A stretch of DNA of 64,000 nucleotides, taken from contig CBDBOV010000006.1 of the NCBI GenBank assembly GCA_965208575.1, forward strand, positions 1,504,001 to 1,568,000, written 5' to 3'. Source of the stretch: Spirochaetia bacterium (GTDB lineage Bacteria; Spirochaetota; Spirochaetia; SZUA-6; Bin103). The notes under the pieces are model-generated. The model ran no database searches, was not told the origin of the DNA, and was given only the letters and a program-made list of their open reading frames with translations. The translations under genes and the position numbers were made by a program. Positions 28,968 to 39,616 of the stretch are shown piece by piece (positions within the stretch are counted from its first letter, which is position 1; each line of letters opens with the position of its first letter).

Positions 28968-29750
28968 TCAGTTGATGGCGGCGAGTTCTTCCTCGAGGTC
29001 GGCCATTTGCGCGCCGCCGGCCATGAGCTGGCGGATGTCGCCGCCGCCGAGGTTGTCGGCGACGCCTTCTCCGATCACTTGGCCGAGGCTCAGGAAGGTG
29101 TAGCGGTCGGCCACCAACTGCGCGTGGATTTCGTTGTGGGTGATGAGGATCACCGCGATGTCGCCGCGCTTCTGCACGCGCTTGATGGTCTTGAGCACCT
29201 CGAGCTGCTGCTTCTGGCCGAGGGCGGAGGTGGGCTCGTCGAGAATCAGCACGCGTGCCCCGAAGTGGATGGCGCGGGCGATGGCGAGGGCCTGGCGCTG
29301 ACCGCCGGACATCGTTCCTACCGCCTGCTCGGGGTCGGCGATGTTGATGCCGATCTTGGCCATCTCCTGTTGGGTGATGGCGTTCATCTTCGCGGTCTGC
29401 AGGATCCCGAAGGGCCGCGGACCGCGCGTGATCTCCCTCCCTACGAAGAAGTTGCGGGTCACGGAGGTGAGCGAATTGAGGGCCAGGTCCTGGTACACGG
29501 TGCCGATCCCGGCGTCGGACGCCGCCAGCGGGGTGCGGAACGCGACCGGCTGGCCGTCGAGGTAGATTGTACCCCCGGTCGGCTGATGGACCCCGGCGAG
29601 AACCTTGATCAGGGTGGACTTGCCGGCGCCGTTGTCACCGAGCAGCGCATGCACTTCGCCGGCGTGGACATCCATCGAGACCCCGTTCAGCGCCGTGAAG
29701 TTGCCGAACCGCTTGACGATGTTTTCGAGCCTGATCAGCGGGTCGGCCAC
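28968..29750 (-). CDS. Sugar ABC transporter ATP-binding protein
   Basis: GDNGAGKS, MSGGQRQ, ILDEPT, LITH. Confidence 0.93.
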   Translation of the reverse strand: MADPLIRLENIVKRFGNFTALNGVSMDVHAGEVHALLGDNGAGKSTLIKVLAGVHQPTGGTIYLDGQPVAFRTPLAASDAGIGTVYQDLALNSLTSVTRNFFVGREITRGPRPFGILQTAKMNAITQQEMAKIGINIADPEQAVGTMSGGQRQALAIARAIHFGARVLILDEPTSALGQKQQLEVLKTIKRVQKRGDIAVILITHNEIHAQLVADRYTFLSLGQVIGEGVADNLGGGDIRQLMAGGAQMADLEEELAAIN

Positions 29751-29751
29751 G

Positions 29752-30882
29752 TCATATGCCCCCGGTGATTCGTTTGCGGATGGTCTCGTTGCTGAACGCT
29801 GCAACGAGCAGCACGGTGCCGAGGAACATCCGGTAGTACGACCCGTCGATCCACGATATGTAGAACACCGAGTTCTGCACCAGTCCGAAGATGACCGCGC
29901 CGAACACCACCCCGACGATCGACCCGAAGCCGCCGGACAGGATCACTCCGCCTACCACGGCGGCGGCGATCGCCTCCAGTTCCTTGAGATTCCCCTTCGC
30001 CGCGTCCGCGGTGTTGGTGTCGAACACCTGGGTGGCGGCAAAGATGGTCGCGCAGAAGGCGGTGAACATGAACAGCGAGACCTTCACCTTGTCGGTGGGT
30101 ACGCCGTTGGCGCGCGCCGCCTCCTCGTTGCCGCCGGTGGCGTAGATCCAGTTGCCCACCTGCGTGCGCGACAGCACGAACCAGGCGGCGACGGAGATCA
30201 CCAGCCACCAGGCCACCTTGGCGTCGAAGCCGGTTACCCACTGGTCGCCGGCGCGGTTGAAGTTGAGGCCGAGCCAGAACAGCAGGTCGTAGAACCACTG
30301 GAACGTCTCGCCGCCGAGCAGGGAGGCGAAGAAGTCGGTCTGCTTGAAGTCGGGCAGGCCCGACACCTGGGTGGAGCCCTCGTTGAAGGTGCGGAAGCTG
30401 ACCTCGGTCGCGCCGCGCAGGATGAACAGGAACGACAGCGAGACGATGAACGAGGACAGCCGGGTGCGCACGACAATGGTGCCGATCAGCCAGCCGATGG
30501 CCAGGGTGAGGCACAGGGTGATCAGGAATGCCGACAGCGGGGTCGCCGGGCCGATCCCGAACGGCAGGCCCCACTTGAGCATGATCGCCATCGACATGCC
30601 GGCAAAACCGATCATCGACCCGATCGACAGGTCGAATTCCCCGGCGATCATCAGCAGGCACGCGCCGGTCGCGATGATGCCGAGCTGGGCGATGATCGCG
30701 AGGTTGTTCTTGATCCCGAGCGGGTTGTAGACGACGTCCCCGGCCGCGATGGCCAGGAGTACCAGGATCACGCTCATGCCCGAGAACGCACCGATCTCGG
30801 GGCGGTGGATCAGGCGGGAGAACCATCCGGCCTCCCGCAGGCGATCGGCCTCCGACTGGAGGTCTGCCGTGGCTTGCATCAT
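29752..30882 (-). CDS. Sugar ABC transporter permease
   Basis: GEFDLSIGS, ATGGNEEAARANG, ELEAIAAAVVGG. Multiple TM helices. Confidence 0.93.
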   Translation of the reverse strand: MMQATADLQSEADRLREAGWFSRLIHRPEIGAFSGMSVILVLLAIAAGDVVYNPLGIKNNLAIIAQLGIIATGACLLMIAGEFDLSIGSMIGFAGMSMAIMLKWGLPFGIGPATPLSAFLITLCLTLAIGWLIGTIVVRTRLSSFIVSLSFLFILRGATEVSFRTFNEGSTQVSGLPDFKQTDFFASLLGGETFQWFYDLLFWLGLNFNRAGDQWVTGFDAKVAWWLVISVAAWFVLSRTQVGNWIYATGGNEEAARANGVPTDKVKVSLFMFTAFCATIFAATQVFDTNTADAAKGNLKELEAIAAAVVGGVILSGGFGSIVGVVFGAVIFGLVQNSVFYISWIDGSYYRMFLGTVLLVAAFSNETIRKRITGGI

Positions 30883-30906
30883 CTCACCCGACTATAGCGG
30901 ATGAGC

Positions 30907-30988
30907 CCGGTATCGTCGGCCGCCGGCTCACCCCCGTTCCGCGGGAGCAGGCCGGCCGCCGACAACCGGTCAGCCGAGCAGCTCGGCT
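30907..30988. other. GC-rich intergenic stem-loops between the binding-protein and permease genes
   Basis: CCGGT..GTCGGC.GCCGGC pairs with GCCGGC.GCCGAC.ACCGG (30907-30969). AGCCGAGC-A-GCTCGGCT (30972-30988). Confidence 0.55.
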
Positions 30989-30989
30989 A

Positions 30990-31913
30990 CTAGCGGTTGA
31001 CGCCCGCCTGGGCGGCGACGCCGGCCGCGTTCGAGGCATCGACGAAGCCGGGCCCGGAGGGGATGTTCGCACCCGGGAGCAGCCCCGCGTTCTGGTTGTA
31101 GAGGTGCAGCACGATGATCGGCATGTACCCCTGCAGACGCTGCTGCTGATCGATGGTGAAGGCGACCTCGCCGCCCTGGATCAGGTTGATCACTTCCGGC
31201 GACAGGTCGAAACAGGCCAGGTGCACTTCCGCACCCACCTCGCGCACCGCGTCCGCTGCCGCCACGCACACGTGCGGACCGACCGCGAGCACCGCATCGA
31301 TGTCGCGGTCCGCCTGCAGGGCGGCGGCGGTGCGCGTCTTGATCTGGGCGACGTCGTTGGACACGTCGATCATGTTGAGGTCCTTGCCCATCGAGTCGAA
31401 GTAGCCGGCGCAGCGGTCGACCAGCGCGGTGTTGAACGACTCCTGGTTGAGGCAGATCGCGTGCGTCGCACCCTCGGCCCTGGCGCGCTCGCCCGCCTTT
31501 TCACCGGCCAGCCGCTCCGGCTGCCCGACGTGCATGAGCGCTCCCACCGCGGCGGAAGACTCCAGCCCGGAATTCATGGTGATGACCGGGATTCCGGATG
31601 CGACCGCGGCCCTGATGGCGCCGCCGAGCGCGTCCGCGTCCGGCAGGGACACGACGATGCCGTCCGGCTGGGTGGCCGTTGCCGCCTCAATGAGCCGCGC
31701 CATGTCGGCCATGTCACCGGAGGGGGCGAAATTGTACTCGAAGTCCGCCCCGACGGCGCGTGCGGCATCCTCGCCGCCCTTCTGCACCACGGGCCAGAAC
31801 GGATCGGTGCCCTGGGTGTGCGTGATCATGACGAAGCGCTCGGCGCTGGCGGTGCCGGCGACGAGCAGGATCGCCATCACGGCGAGCAGGGACGAAAAGA
31901 CAGCTTTCTTCAT
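30990..31913 (-). CDS. Sugar ABC substrate-binding protein (Peripla_BP_4; inositol/polyol-like)
   Basis: Signal peptide, DPFWPVVQKG, GIPVITMNSG, IDQQQRLQGY. RBS AGGAGG. Confidence 0.9.
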   Translation of the reverse strand: MKKAVFSSLLAVMAILLVAGTASAERFVMITHTQGTDPFWPVVQKGGEDAARAVGADFEYNFAPSGDMADMARLIEAATATQPDGIVVSLPDADALGGAIRAAVASGIPVITMNSGLESSAAVGALMHVGQPERLAGEKAGERARAEGATHAICLNQESFNTALVDRCAGYFDSMGKDLNMIDVSNDVAQIKTRTAAALQADRDIDAVLAVGPHVCVAAADAVREVGAEVHLACFDLSPEVINLIQGGEVAFTIDQQQRLQGYMPIIVLHLYNQNAGLLPGANIPSGPGFVDASNAAGVAAQAGVNR

Positions 31914-32052
31914 GGAAAACCTCCTGTTTGTGTCTGCGAAACGAGCGTTTCGATTCGCCGCGCCACTGTGTCACGGCTAGACCGTCTCGATCAAGACGGT
32001 CCGGCGCAGCCAAGCGCTGCCGGCGACGCGGTGGCGGCACCCGGCGGCGCGT

Positions 32053-32886
32053 TCAGCTCACGGCGCGGCGGTACAGGCGAACGGCCAGGGGCGCGGCCAG
32101 CACCAGGATGCCGAGCGACCACAGCACGGCGGCGGTGACCTCGCCGGCAATGCTCTGCGACGGCGCCAGCGCGCCCTCGCCGAGGATCAGGCTGCGCACC
32201 GCGTTGGCGGTGCGGGTCACCGGCTGGTGGTCGGCAAACAGGCGCAGCCAGCCGGGCAGCGTCTCGGTCGGCACGAACACCGAGCTCGCGAACACCAGCG
32301 GAAAGATCGGAATGAAGGCCGCCGACTGCGCCGCCTCGGAGTTCTTGACCGCCAGCCCGATGCAGGCCATGACCCACGACAGGGCGAACGCAAACGTCAG
32401 CGCCACCAGCAACCCGCCGGCGAACGGCACCAACGAGGTCTGCGGGCGGAAGCCGAGCAGGTAGGCCAGCACGATCATCAGCGCGACCACGAATACGTTG
32501 CGCACCAGGTCCGCCACGGTGCGCCCGGCGAGCACGGCCGAACGCGCCATCGGCAGCGAGCGAAAGCGGTCGATCACGCCCTTGTTCAGGTCTTCGATCA
32601 GTCCCATCGAGGTCTGGGTGGCGCCGAACGCGGCCATCTGCAGCAGCAGGCCGGGCAGCAGCCAGTTGAGGTACTGGCCGCCGGCCGCGGCCGGGATCGC
32701 CCGGCCCACCGCGCCGCCGAACACGTAGTTGAACAGAATCAGGAACATCACCGGTTGCACGGTGGCGAACAACAGGAGTTGCGGCAGGCGCACCACGCGC
32801 AACAGGTTGCGGCGCACCACCACGACGGTGTCCTTGACGGCCCGGCCCGGGGAGATGTGGGTCCGCCGCGCACGCGCCGCGCTCAT
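32053..32886 (-). CDS. ABC-2 type exporter permease (DrrB-like)
   Basis: QPVMFLILFNYVFGG, GVIDRFRSLP, FASSVFVP...LPGWL. Confidence 0.9.
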   Translation of the reverse strand: MSAARARRTHISPGRAVKDTVVVVRRNLLRVVRLPQLLLFATVQPVMFLILFNYVFGGAVGRAIPAAAGGQYLNWLLPGLLLQMAAFGATQTSMGLIEDLNKGVIDRFRSLPMARSAVLAGRTVADLVRNVFVVALMIVLAYLLGFRPQTSLVPFAGGLLVALTFAFALSWVMACIGLAVKNSEAAQSAAFIPIFPLVFASSVFVPTETLPGWLRLFADHQPVTRTANAVRSLILGEGALAPSQSIAGEVTAAVLWSLGILVLAAPLAVRLYRRAVS

Positions 32887-33908
32887 GGACGTCCCCGCCC
32901 GCGTCCGGGACCGGCTCGCTGGCCGCGCCGTGCCCGCCGTCCCCGCCGCCCGCGGCGCTTGCCGTTGCCGGCACCCGTGTCCGCGGTGGCGTGGCCGGTC
33001 AGCGCGATGAACACGTCGTCGAGCGTGGGGCGGCGCAGCCCGATGTCGGTGGGGGTGATGCCGGCGGCGTCGAGCGTGCGCACGGCGGCCACCAGCGAGC
33101 CCGGACCCTCCGGTGCCGGCAGGGTGATGGCACCGGACGGCCCGAGTTCGGCGCCGGGCTTGACGCCGAGCGCGACACACGTGGCCTCGCGGGCCTCGGC
33201 GGGTACCTCTACCTGGATCACCGCCCCGCCGAGGCGGTCCTTCAGCTCGTTGCCGGTGCCTTCGCTGATCAGCCGGCCCTCGTTGATCACGCCGATGCGG
33301 CCGGCGAGCTGATCGGCTTCATCGAGGTACTGCGTGGTCAACAGCACGGTGGTGCCGGAGCCGACCAGGTCGCGGATCAGCGCCCACACCTCCAGCCGGC
33401 TGCGCGGGTCGATGCCGGTGGTCGGCTCGTCCAGGAACAGCACGTCCGGCTTCCCTACCAGCGAGGCGGCCAGGTCGAGGCGCCGCTTCATGCCGCCGGA
33501 GTAGGTGCGCACCAGGCGGTCTGCGTCGTCGGCCAGCGAGAACCGCTCCAGCACCTCCGCGGCGCGCTCGCGGGCGCTGCGCGCGCCCAGGTTGTACAGC
33601 CGCCCCACCATCTCCACCGCCTCGCGGCCGGTCAGGTACTCGTCCACGGCGGCGAACTGGCCGGCCAGCCCGATGCGGTTGCGCACCGCCACCGGGTCGT
33701 GCACCACGTCGATGCCGGCCACGGTCGCGCTGCCGGCGTCCGGCCGCAGCAGTGTCGCGAGCACCCGGATGAGCGTGGTCTTGCCGGCGCCGTTCGGCCC
33801 GAGCAGGGCGTAGATGATGCCGGCCTCGATCGCCAGGCTGACCCCGGCCAGGGCGCGGATGGTGCCGAACCGCTTCTCGACCTGCTCGGCGCGTACGATC
33901 GGTTGCAT
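32883..33908 (-). CDS. ABC exporter ATP-binding protein (DrrA-like)
   Basis: GPNGAGKT, YSGGMKRRLD, LDEPTTG, LTTQYL, PTLDDVF. Confidence 0.92.
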   Translation of the reverse strand: MQPIVRAEQVEKRFGTIRALAGVSLAIEAGIIYALLGPNGAGKTTLIRVLATLLRPDAGSATVAGIDVVHDPVAVRNRIGLAGQFAAVDEYLTGREAVEMVGRLYNLGARSARERAAEVLERFSLADDADRLVRTYSGGMKRRLDLAASLVGKPDVLFLDEPTTGIDPRSRLEVWALIRDLVGSGTTVLLTTQYLDEADQLAGRIGVINEGRLISEGTGNELKDRLGGAVIQVEVPAEAREATCVALGVKPGAELGPSGAITLPAPEGPGSLVAAVRTLDAAGITPTDIGLRRPTLDDVFIALTGHATADTGAGNGKRRGRRGRRARRGQRAGPGRGRGRP

Positions 33909-34012
33909 GCGAGTTCCGCCGCCAAGATACGCATACCGGCGCCGCCGCGGCGCTGAACTCCTGGTGAACGAGACAGTACGACAGCACCTGTGAGACCGAG
34001 CCGCCGGCTGAT

Positions 34013-34861
34013 CTATACGGCCGCGGGTTGTTCGTACGGGTTCATCCAACTCACTCCAGCCTGCTTCCGGCGTTCACCGGCCGCGTTTTCGGCGGCTATC
34101 CAATCAAGCCACTCTTCGGTCGCGACAATCTCGTGCAGCGTCGCCCGTTTGCGGTGCGGGGAATAGTTGCCGATGTGCCACAGGCAGTTGCGGTACAGCA
34201 TGAAGTCTCCGGCATGCAGCACGGCCTGCACGGCTCCCGGCATGCTCCGGCAGTACTGCAGATTCTGCCGTTCCAACTCGGCGTCCGTCATCTGTTCGGT
34301 GGCCTCCGGCATCGGCACCGGGCGGGTGGGAAACAGGCTCCGCTCGCGCGGCAGATCCGGTCTGCCATGACTGCCGGGAACCACCCACGTGCTGATGTCG
34401 TCGTACAGCGCACAGTTGTACTGATTCCACATCAGCGGATCGGTCATCGTCCTGGCCCAGGCGTGCACGTCGGCCGCGAAAATGTTGTCGCGCCAGTCAC
34501 GATGCCAACGGGTCGAATAGGGCCTTTGCACCGGCTGATAGAAGATGCCGAGCGCACGCGGCTGGTTGTTGCCGGCATCGGTGTCGCCGTAGGTGTGATG
34601 CTCCGACAGAATAGTGGTGACGGCATCGCGCAGGGACGGCAGCTCGGCAAAGTCCTGAAACGGCTTGAGGTCCAGATCGTAAGCATACACCGGTTGCAGC
34701 CGCTGCGCCTGCGGCCCGTTCACCTGCAGACATATCTGCCGGCCTCTTTCCGCACTGACCCGCAGGTCATGCAACAGCGAAGGCGGCAGGATCTCCCGAA
34801 AGATGGTAAACCCGTCACGCGCGTGTTGTTCGATATGTTCATCAGTCAATGCAAACGCCAT
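34013..34861 (-). CDS. Phytanoyl-CoA dioxygenase (PhyH) family protein
   Basis: WHRD (HxD), VVPGSH, GDFMLY...WH. RBS AGGAGG. Confidence 0.85.
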   Translation of the reverse strand: MAFALTDEHIEQHARDGFTIFREILPPSLLHDLRVSAERGRQICLQVNGPQAQRLQPVYAYDLDLKPFQDFAELPSLRDAVTTILSEHHTYGDTDAGNNQPRALGIFYQPVQRPYSTRWHRDWRDNIFAADVHAWARTMTDPLMWNQYNCALYDDISTWVVPGSHGRPDLPRERSLFPTRPVPMPEATEQMTDAELERQNLQYCRSMPGAVQAVLHAGDFMLYRNCLWHIGNYSPHRKRATLHEIVATEEWLDWIAAENAAGERRKQAGVSWMNPYEQPAAV

Positions 34862-35011
34862 CCGTGTTGTCCTCCTGTCGGCAGCCGGGGTCCGCACACC
34901 GAGTGCAAGCCTCGCCTACCATACCGCGATCCTCCGCCCGGCGATACGACCGGCATCCGTGGTATGGTCACCGGGGCTCGCAGGCGTGAGGCGAGCCGCG
35001 TGGAGGGACGA

Positions 35012-35854
35012 ATGGGCGGCAGGTTGGACGGAAAGGTGGCGATCGTCACCGGCGGGACGAGCGGCATCGGCCGCCGAACCGCGGAGATGTTCGTGGAGCA
35101 GGGAGCGCGGGTGCTGATCGCGGCGCGCCGCGAGGAGGTGGGGCAGGCGCTCGCCGAGCGACTCGGCGCCGGCGCCTGCTTCGTGCGCACCGACGTCACC
35201 CGCGAGGCGGAGGTGCAGGCGATGGTCGCGGCCGCCGTGCAGCGGTGGGGACGGGTCGACTGCCTGTTCAACAACGCCAGCTCCGGCACCGGCGACACAG
35301 CAGTCGACGAGATGTCGTTCGCCGACTTCATGGCGGCGCTGGAGCTGCAGGTCGGCTCGGTGTTCCTGGGCATCAAGCACGTGGTGCCGGTCATGAAGCG
35401 GCAGGGCGGCGGCGCCATCATCAACAACGCGTCGATCGCCGGCCTGGGCGTCGGCTACGGCTCGATGACCTACTCCGCCGGCAAGGCGGGCGTGATCCAC
35501 ATGACCCGCTGCCTGGCGATCGCCCTCGGCGAGCACCGCATCCGGTTGAACTGCATCTCGCCGGGCGGGATCATGACCCCGATCTTCCTCGGCGGCCGGC
35601 AGCACGAGATGTCGGAGCAGGAGGTCGCAGGCGCCGTGGCCGGCCTGAGCGAGCTGTACGACGAGAAGATTCCGCTGCGGCGTGCCGGAACGCCCGAGGA
35701 CATCGCCCACGCCGCGGTCTACCTGGCGTCCGACGAGAGCCGCCACGTCACCGGCGAGAACCTGGTGGTGGACGCCGGCACCTGGCTCGGCCGCAGCGTC
35801 CAGTACCAGGCCCAGTGGGCGGCGTGGCGGCGCGCCGCGATGTTCGGCGAGTAG
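35012..35854 (+). CDS. SDR family oxidoreductase
   Basis: TGGTSGIG, NNAS, YSAGK (YxxxK), NCISPG. Confidence 0.93.
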   Translation: MGGRLDGKVAIVTGGTSGIGRRTAEMFVEQGARVLIAARREEVGQALAERLGAGACFVRTDVTREAEVQAMVAAAVQRWGRVDCLFNNASSGTGDTAVDEMSFADFMAALELQVGSVFLGIKHVVPVMKRQGGGAIINNASIAGLGVGYGSMTYSAGKAGVIHMTRCLAIALGEHRIRLNCISPGGIMTPIFLGGRQHEMSEQEVAGAVAGLSELYDEKIPLRRAGTPEDIAHAAVYLASDESRHVTGENLVVDAGTWLGRSVQYQAQWAAWRRAAMFGE

Positions 35855-35995
35855 CCGCAACTGCTTGCCCGCCGCGCAGCGGACGCAACCACGGCATCCG
35901 GCGCTCCATAGAGCGCCTTGCTGGACCGCCATGACGTGAGCGGCCCGCGCCCACCGCGCCGGCGTAGCCCGCCGGCCGGAACAGCAGGTTACCGG

Positions 35996-36053
35996 TAGCA
36001 GCCCGCGACGTGGCGCCGCTCCGGGGCGCTGCCGGGTTCCGCGTGGGCTGCTA
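35996..36053. terminator. Possible hairpin between convergent genes
   Basis: TAGCAGCCC (35996-36004) and GGGCTGCTA (36045-36053) with inner pairing. No U-tract. Confidence 0.35.
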
Positions 36054-36611
36054 TCCGCCGCCGTTCACGGTGGCGACGCGCACCTCGTCGAGCAGCACGC
36101 CCCAGGTCTTGCCGGGGTGGTCGCGCAGGTCGTACACCACCAGGTCGAAGGTCAATTGCGTTACCCGGTCGGCGCGCACCTCGACGTCGATCCGCGCCGG
36201 CGAGATCTCCAGCGGCACCTCGACCGTGTCGCCGCCAAGCACCACGCCGCGGGCGTTGCCGGCCAGCAGAAGGTCGGCCGCGTCGTAGCGCGTCGCCGGC
36301 GCTTCGCCGCGCAGCAGGTCAAAGGCGGCGCCATCCAGGTAACGGGTCAGGTCGACCTCCGTGCGCGCCGTTTCGAGCACGACCCAACCTTTCTCGGGAA
36401 GCCGTCCGCGGCGATGCAACCGGGCACCGCTTAGCGTCACCACCAGCGACGAGAAGTCGTCGATCGCCTCTCGGTGGTCGGTAATCAGCACCACCACCTC
36501 ACCGGTAGCCGCATCCGCCTCCGCGCCGCCGCTCGCCCCCGTGGTCGCGGCGCACCACAGCAGCACCGCCGCCATGGCCAGCCCGCGCGCGCGGTGTGCT
36601 CGATTGCTCAT
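36051..36611 (-). CDS. Exported DUF4382-like protein
   Basis: Signal peptide, VLITDH.EAIDDFSSLVVTL, VDLT, LTFDL. RBS GGAGG. Confidence 0.65.
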   Translation of the reverse strand: MSNRAHRARGLAMAAVLLWCAATTGASGGAEADAATGEVVVLITDHREAIDDFSSLVVTLSGARLHRRGRLPEKGWVVLETARTEVDLTRYLDGAAFDLLRGEAPATRYDAADLLLAGNARGVVLGGDTVEVPLEISPARIDVEVRADRVTQLTFDLVVYDLRDHPGKTWGVLLDEVRVATVNGGG

Positions 36612-36697
36612 GTCACCTCCCTGTTGCGACTCCGTTGCGACCCAAGATCACCGCGCCGGGTCGCCGCGGTCAACGTCTGCGGCTCACGGGATTGAGA

Positions 36698-36756
36698 TTG
36701 ACGCGGCGGCGGCGGCGACCGTATATTCTCAAATACGACCAGAAAAGTCGTATTTG
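36698..36756 (+). promoter_or_regulatory. suf operon promoter and Rrf2 operator
   Basis: TTGACG-N18-TATATT (36698-36727), followed by the perfect IR CAAATACGAC-N7-GTCGTATTTG (36730-36756). Confidence 0.75.
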
Positions 36757-36768
36757 GAAGGGCACAGG

Positions 36769-37308
36769 ATGATAAAGATCAGTCGCAAGGTCGAGTACGC
36801 GCTGATGGCGCTGCAGCACGTGCACCGGCAGCCGCCGGAGCAGGTGGTGTCGGCCAAGGATCTGTGCGTTACCTATCGGGTCGCGTTCCCGGTGCTGTCC
36901 AAGGTGTTGCAGAATCTCGCCGCGGCCGGGGTGCTGCGCTCGGCGCAGGGCGCCCATGGCGGCTATCAGCTTGCCCGTCCCCTTTCCGAGGTTACCTTCG
37001 GGGAGCTGAGCGAGGCGGTGGTCGGACCGATGCAGTTCTCGTATTGTCTGCACCGCGACCGGGTGCGTTGCCAACTCGCCGAGTGCTGCAACGTGATCTC
37101 TCCCATCATCCGGCTGAGTGATCGCATCGAGGAGTTGTTTTACAGCATGAGCTTGGAAGAATTGTTGCACGCCCACGAGCCGCGCGAAGTGGAGATCCGT
37201 GCCCGCCACCGCGTGGCTGCGCGGCTCCGCGAGGCAGACCGCGACGCCGAACCGGCGGCTCGCGAACGTGGCGGCGCGGTGCCCGAGGAGCAACTGGTAT
37301 GGAAATAG
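36769..37308 (+). CDS. Rrf2 family Fe-S responsive regulator (IscR/SufR-like)
   Basis: [23 protein letters not shown], Cys cluster C-x7-C-x4-CC. First gene of the suf operon. Confidence 0.9.
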   Translation: MIKISRKVEYALMALQHVHRQPPEQVVSAKDLCVTYRVAFPVLSKVLQNLAAAGVLRSAQGAHGGYQLARPLSEVTFGELSEAVVGPMQFSYCLHRDRVRCQLAECCNVISPIIRLSDRIEELFYSMSLEELLHAHEPREVEIRARHRVAARLREADRDAEPAARERGGAVPEEQLVWK

Positions 37309-38794
37309 CCGCCCACGACGCCACGGCAACCGCGACCACGGCGCTGACCAGGGAGCAGGCGCAACGCGAGCTGTCCGGCCGCGTCTACGAGCACGGGTTC
37401 TACACGGACGTCGATGCCGAGCAGGCTCCCAAGGGGCTGAACGAAGAGATCATCCGCCTGATCTCGCGCAAGAAGGACGAGCCCGAGTTCATGCTCGACT
37501 TCCGCCTGAAGGCGTTCCGGCGCTGGCAGGAGATGGAGGACCCGTGGTGGCGTCCGGTCGACCACCCCGACATCGACTACCAGGACATCCGCTACTACTC
37601 GGCGCCCAAGAGCGTGGACGAAAAGCAGGGCCCCGCGTCCCTGGACGAGGTGGATCCCGAAATCCTGCGCACCTTCGAGCGCCTCGGGGTGCCGCTGATG
37701 GAGCAGAAGCGGGTGATGGGGGTGGCAGTCGACGCGGTGTTCGACTCGGTGTCGGTGGGCACTACCAACCAGGAACAGCTCACCAGGCTGGGCATCGTGT
37801 TCTGTTCCATGACCGAGGCGCTCAAGGAGCATCCCGAGCTGGTGCAGCGCTATCTCGGATCGGTGGTACCGGCCGCGGACAATTTCTATTCCGCCCTCAA
37901 TTCGGCGGTATTCACCGACGGGTCGTTCTGTTACATCCCGCCGGGGGTGCAGTGCCCGATCGACTTGTCCACCTACTTCCGCATCAATGCCGCCGAGACC
38001 GGCCAGTTCGAGCGTACCCTGATCGTGGCCGACCGCGGCAGCTCGGTGAACTACGTGGAGGGCTGCACCGCCCCGATGCGCGACGAGAACCAACTGCACG
38101 CCGCGGTGGTGGAGATCGTGGCGCTCGACGACGCGGTGGTGAACTACTCGACCGTACAGAACTGGTATGGCGGCGACGCCGACGGCAAGGGCGGTATCTA
38201 CAACTTCGTCACCAAGCGCGGCAAGGCGGTGGGCAGGAATTCCAAGATCTCCTGGACGCAGGTGGAGGCGGGCGCGGCGATCACCTGGAAGTACCCGAGC
38301 GTGATCCTGTCGGGTGACGGCTCGGTGGGCGAGTTCTACTCGGTGGCGCTGACCAACAACCGGATGCAGGCGGACACCGGCACCAAGATGATCCACATCG
38401 GCCGCAACACCACCAGCACCATCGTGTCCAAGGGCATCTCCGCCGACCGCTCGCGCAACGCCTACCGCGGCCAGGTGCGCATCCAGCCGGGTGCCACCGG
38501 GGCGCGCAACTTCACCCAGTGCGACTCGATGCTGGTCGGCAACGAATGCCACGCCAACACGTTCCCGTCGATCGAGGTGCGCAACGACTCGGCCACCGTC
38601 GAGCACGAGGCGTCCACCTCCCGCATCGGCGCCGAGCAACTGTTCTACCTGGCCACCCGCGGGCTCGACATGGAGGCGGCGATCTCCTTGCTGATCAACG
38701 GGTTCTGCAAGGAGGTGTTCAAGAAGCTGCCGCTGGAGTTCTCGGTGGAAGCGGTCAAGCTGCTGGAGATGAAGCTGGAGGGGAGCGTCGGCTG

Positions 38795-38795
<1 letters not shown>
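37299..38795 (+). CDS. sufB: Fe-S cluster assembly protein SufB
   Basis: [54 protein letters not shown]. Confidence 0.96.

Positions 38796-39615
<820 letters not shown>

Positions 39616-39616
<1 letters not shown>

Noticed and set aside
34028-35011. N-terminal extension of the 608-aa SDR ORF
   Set aside because: Overlaps the PhyH gene antisense. The real start is the ATG at 35012 with an RBS.
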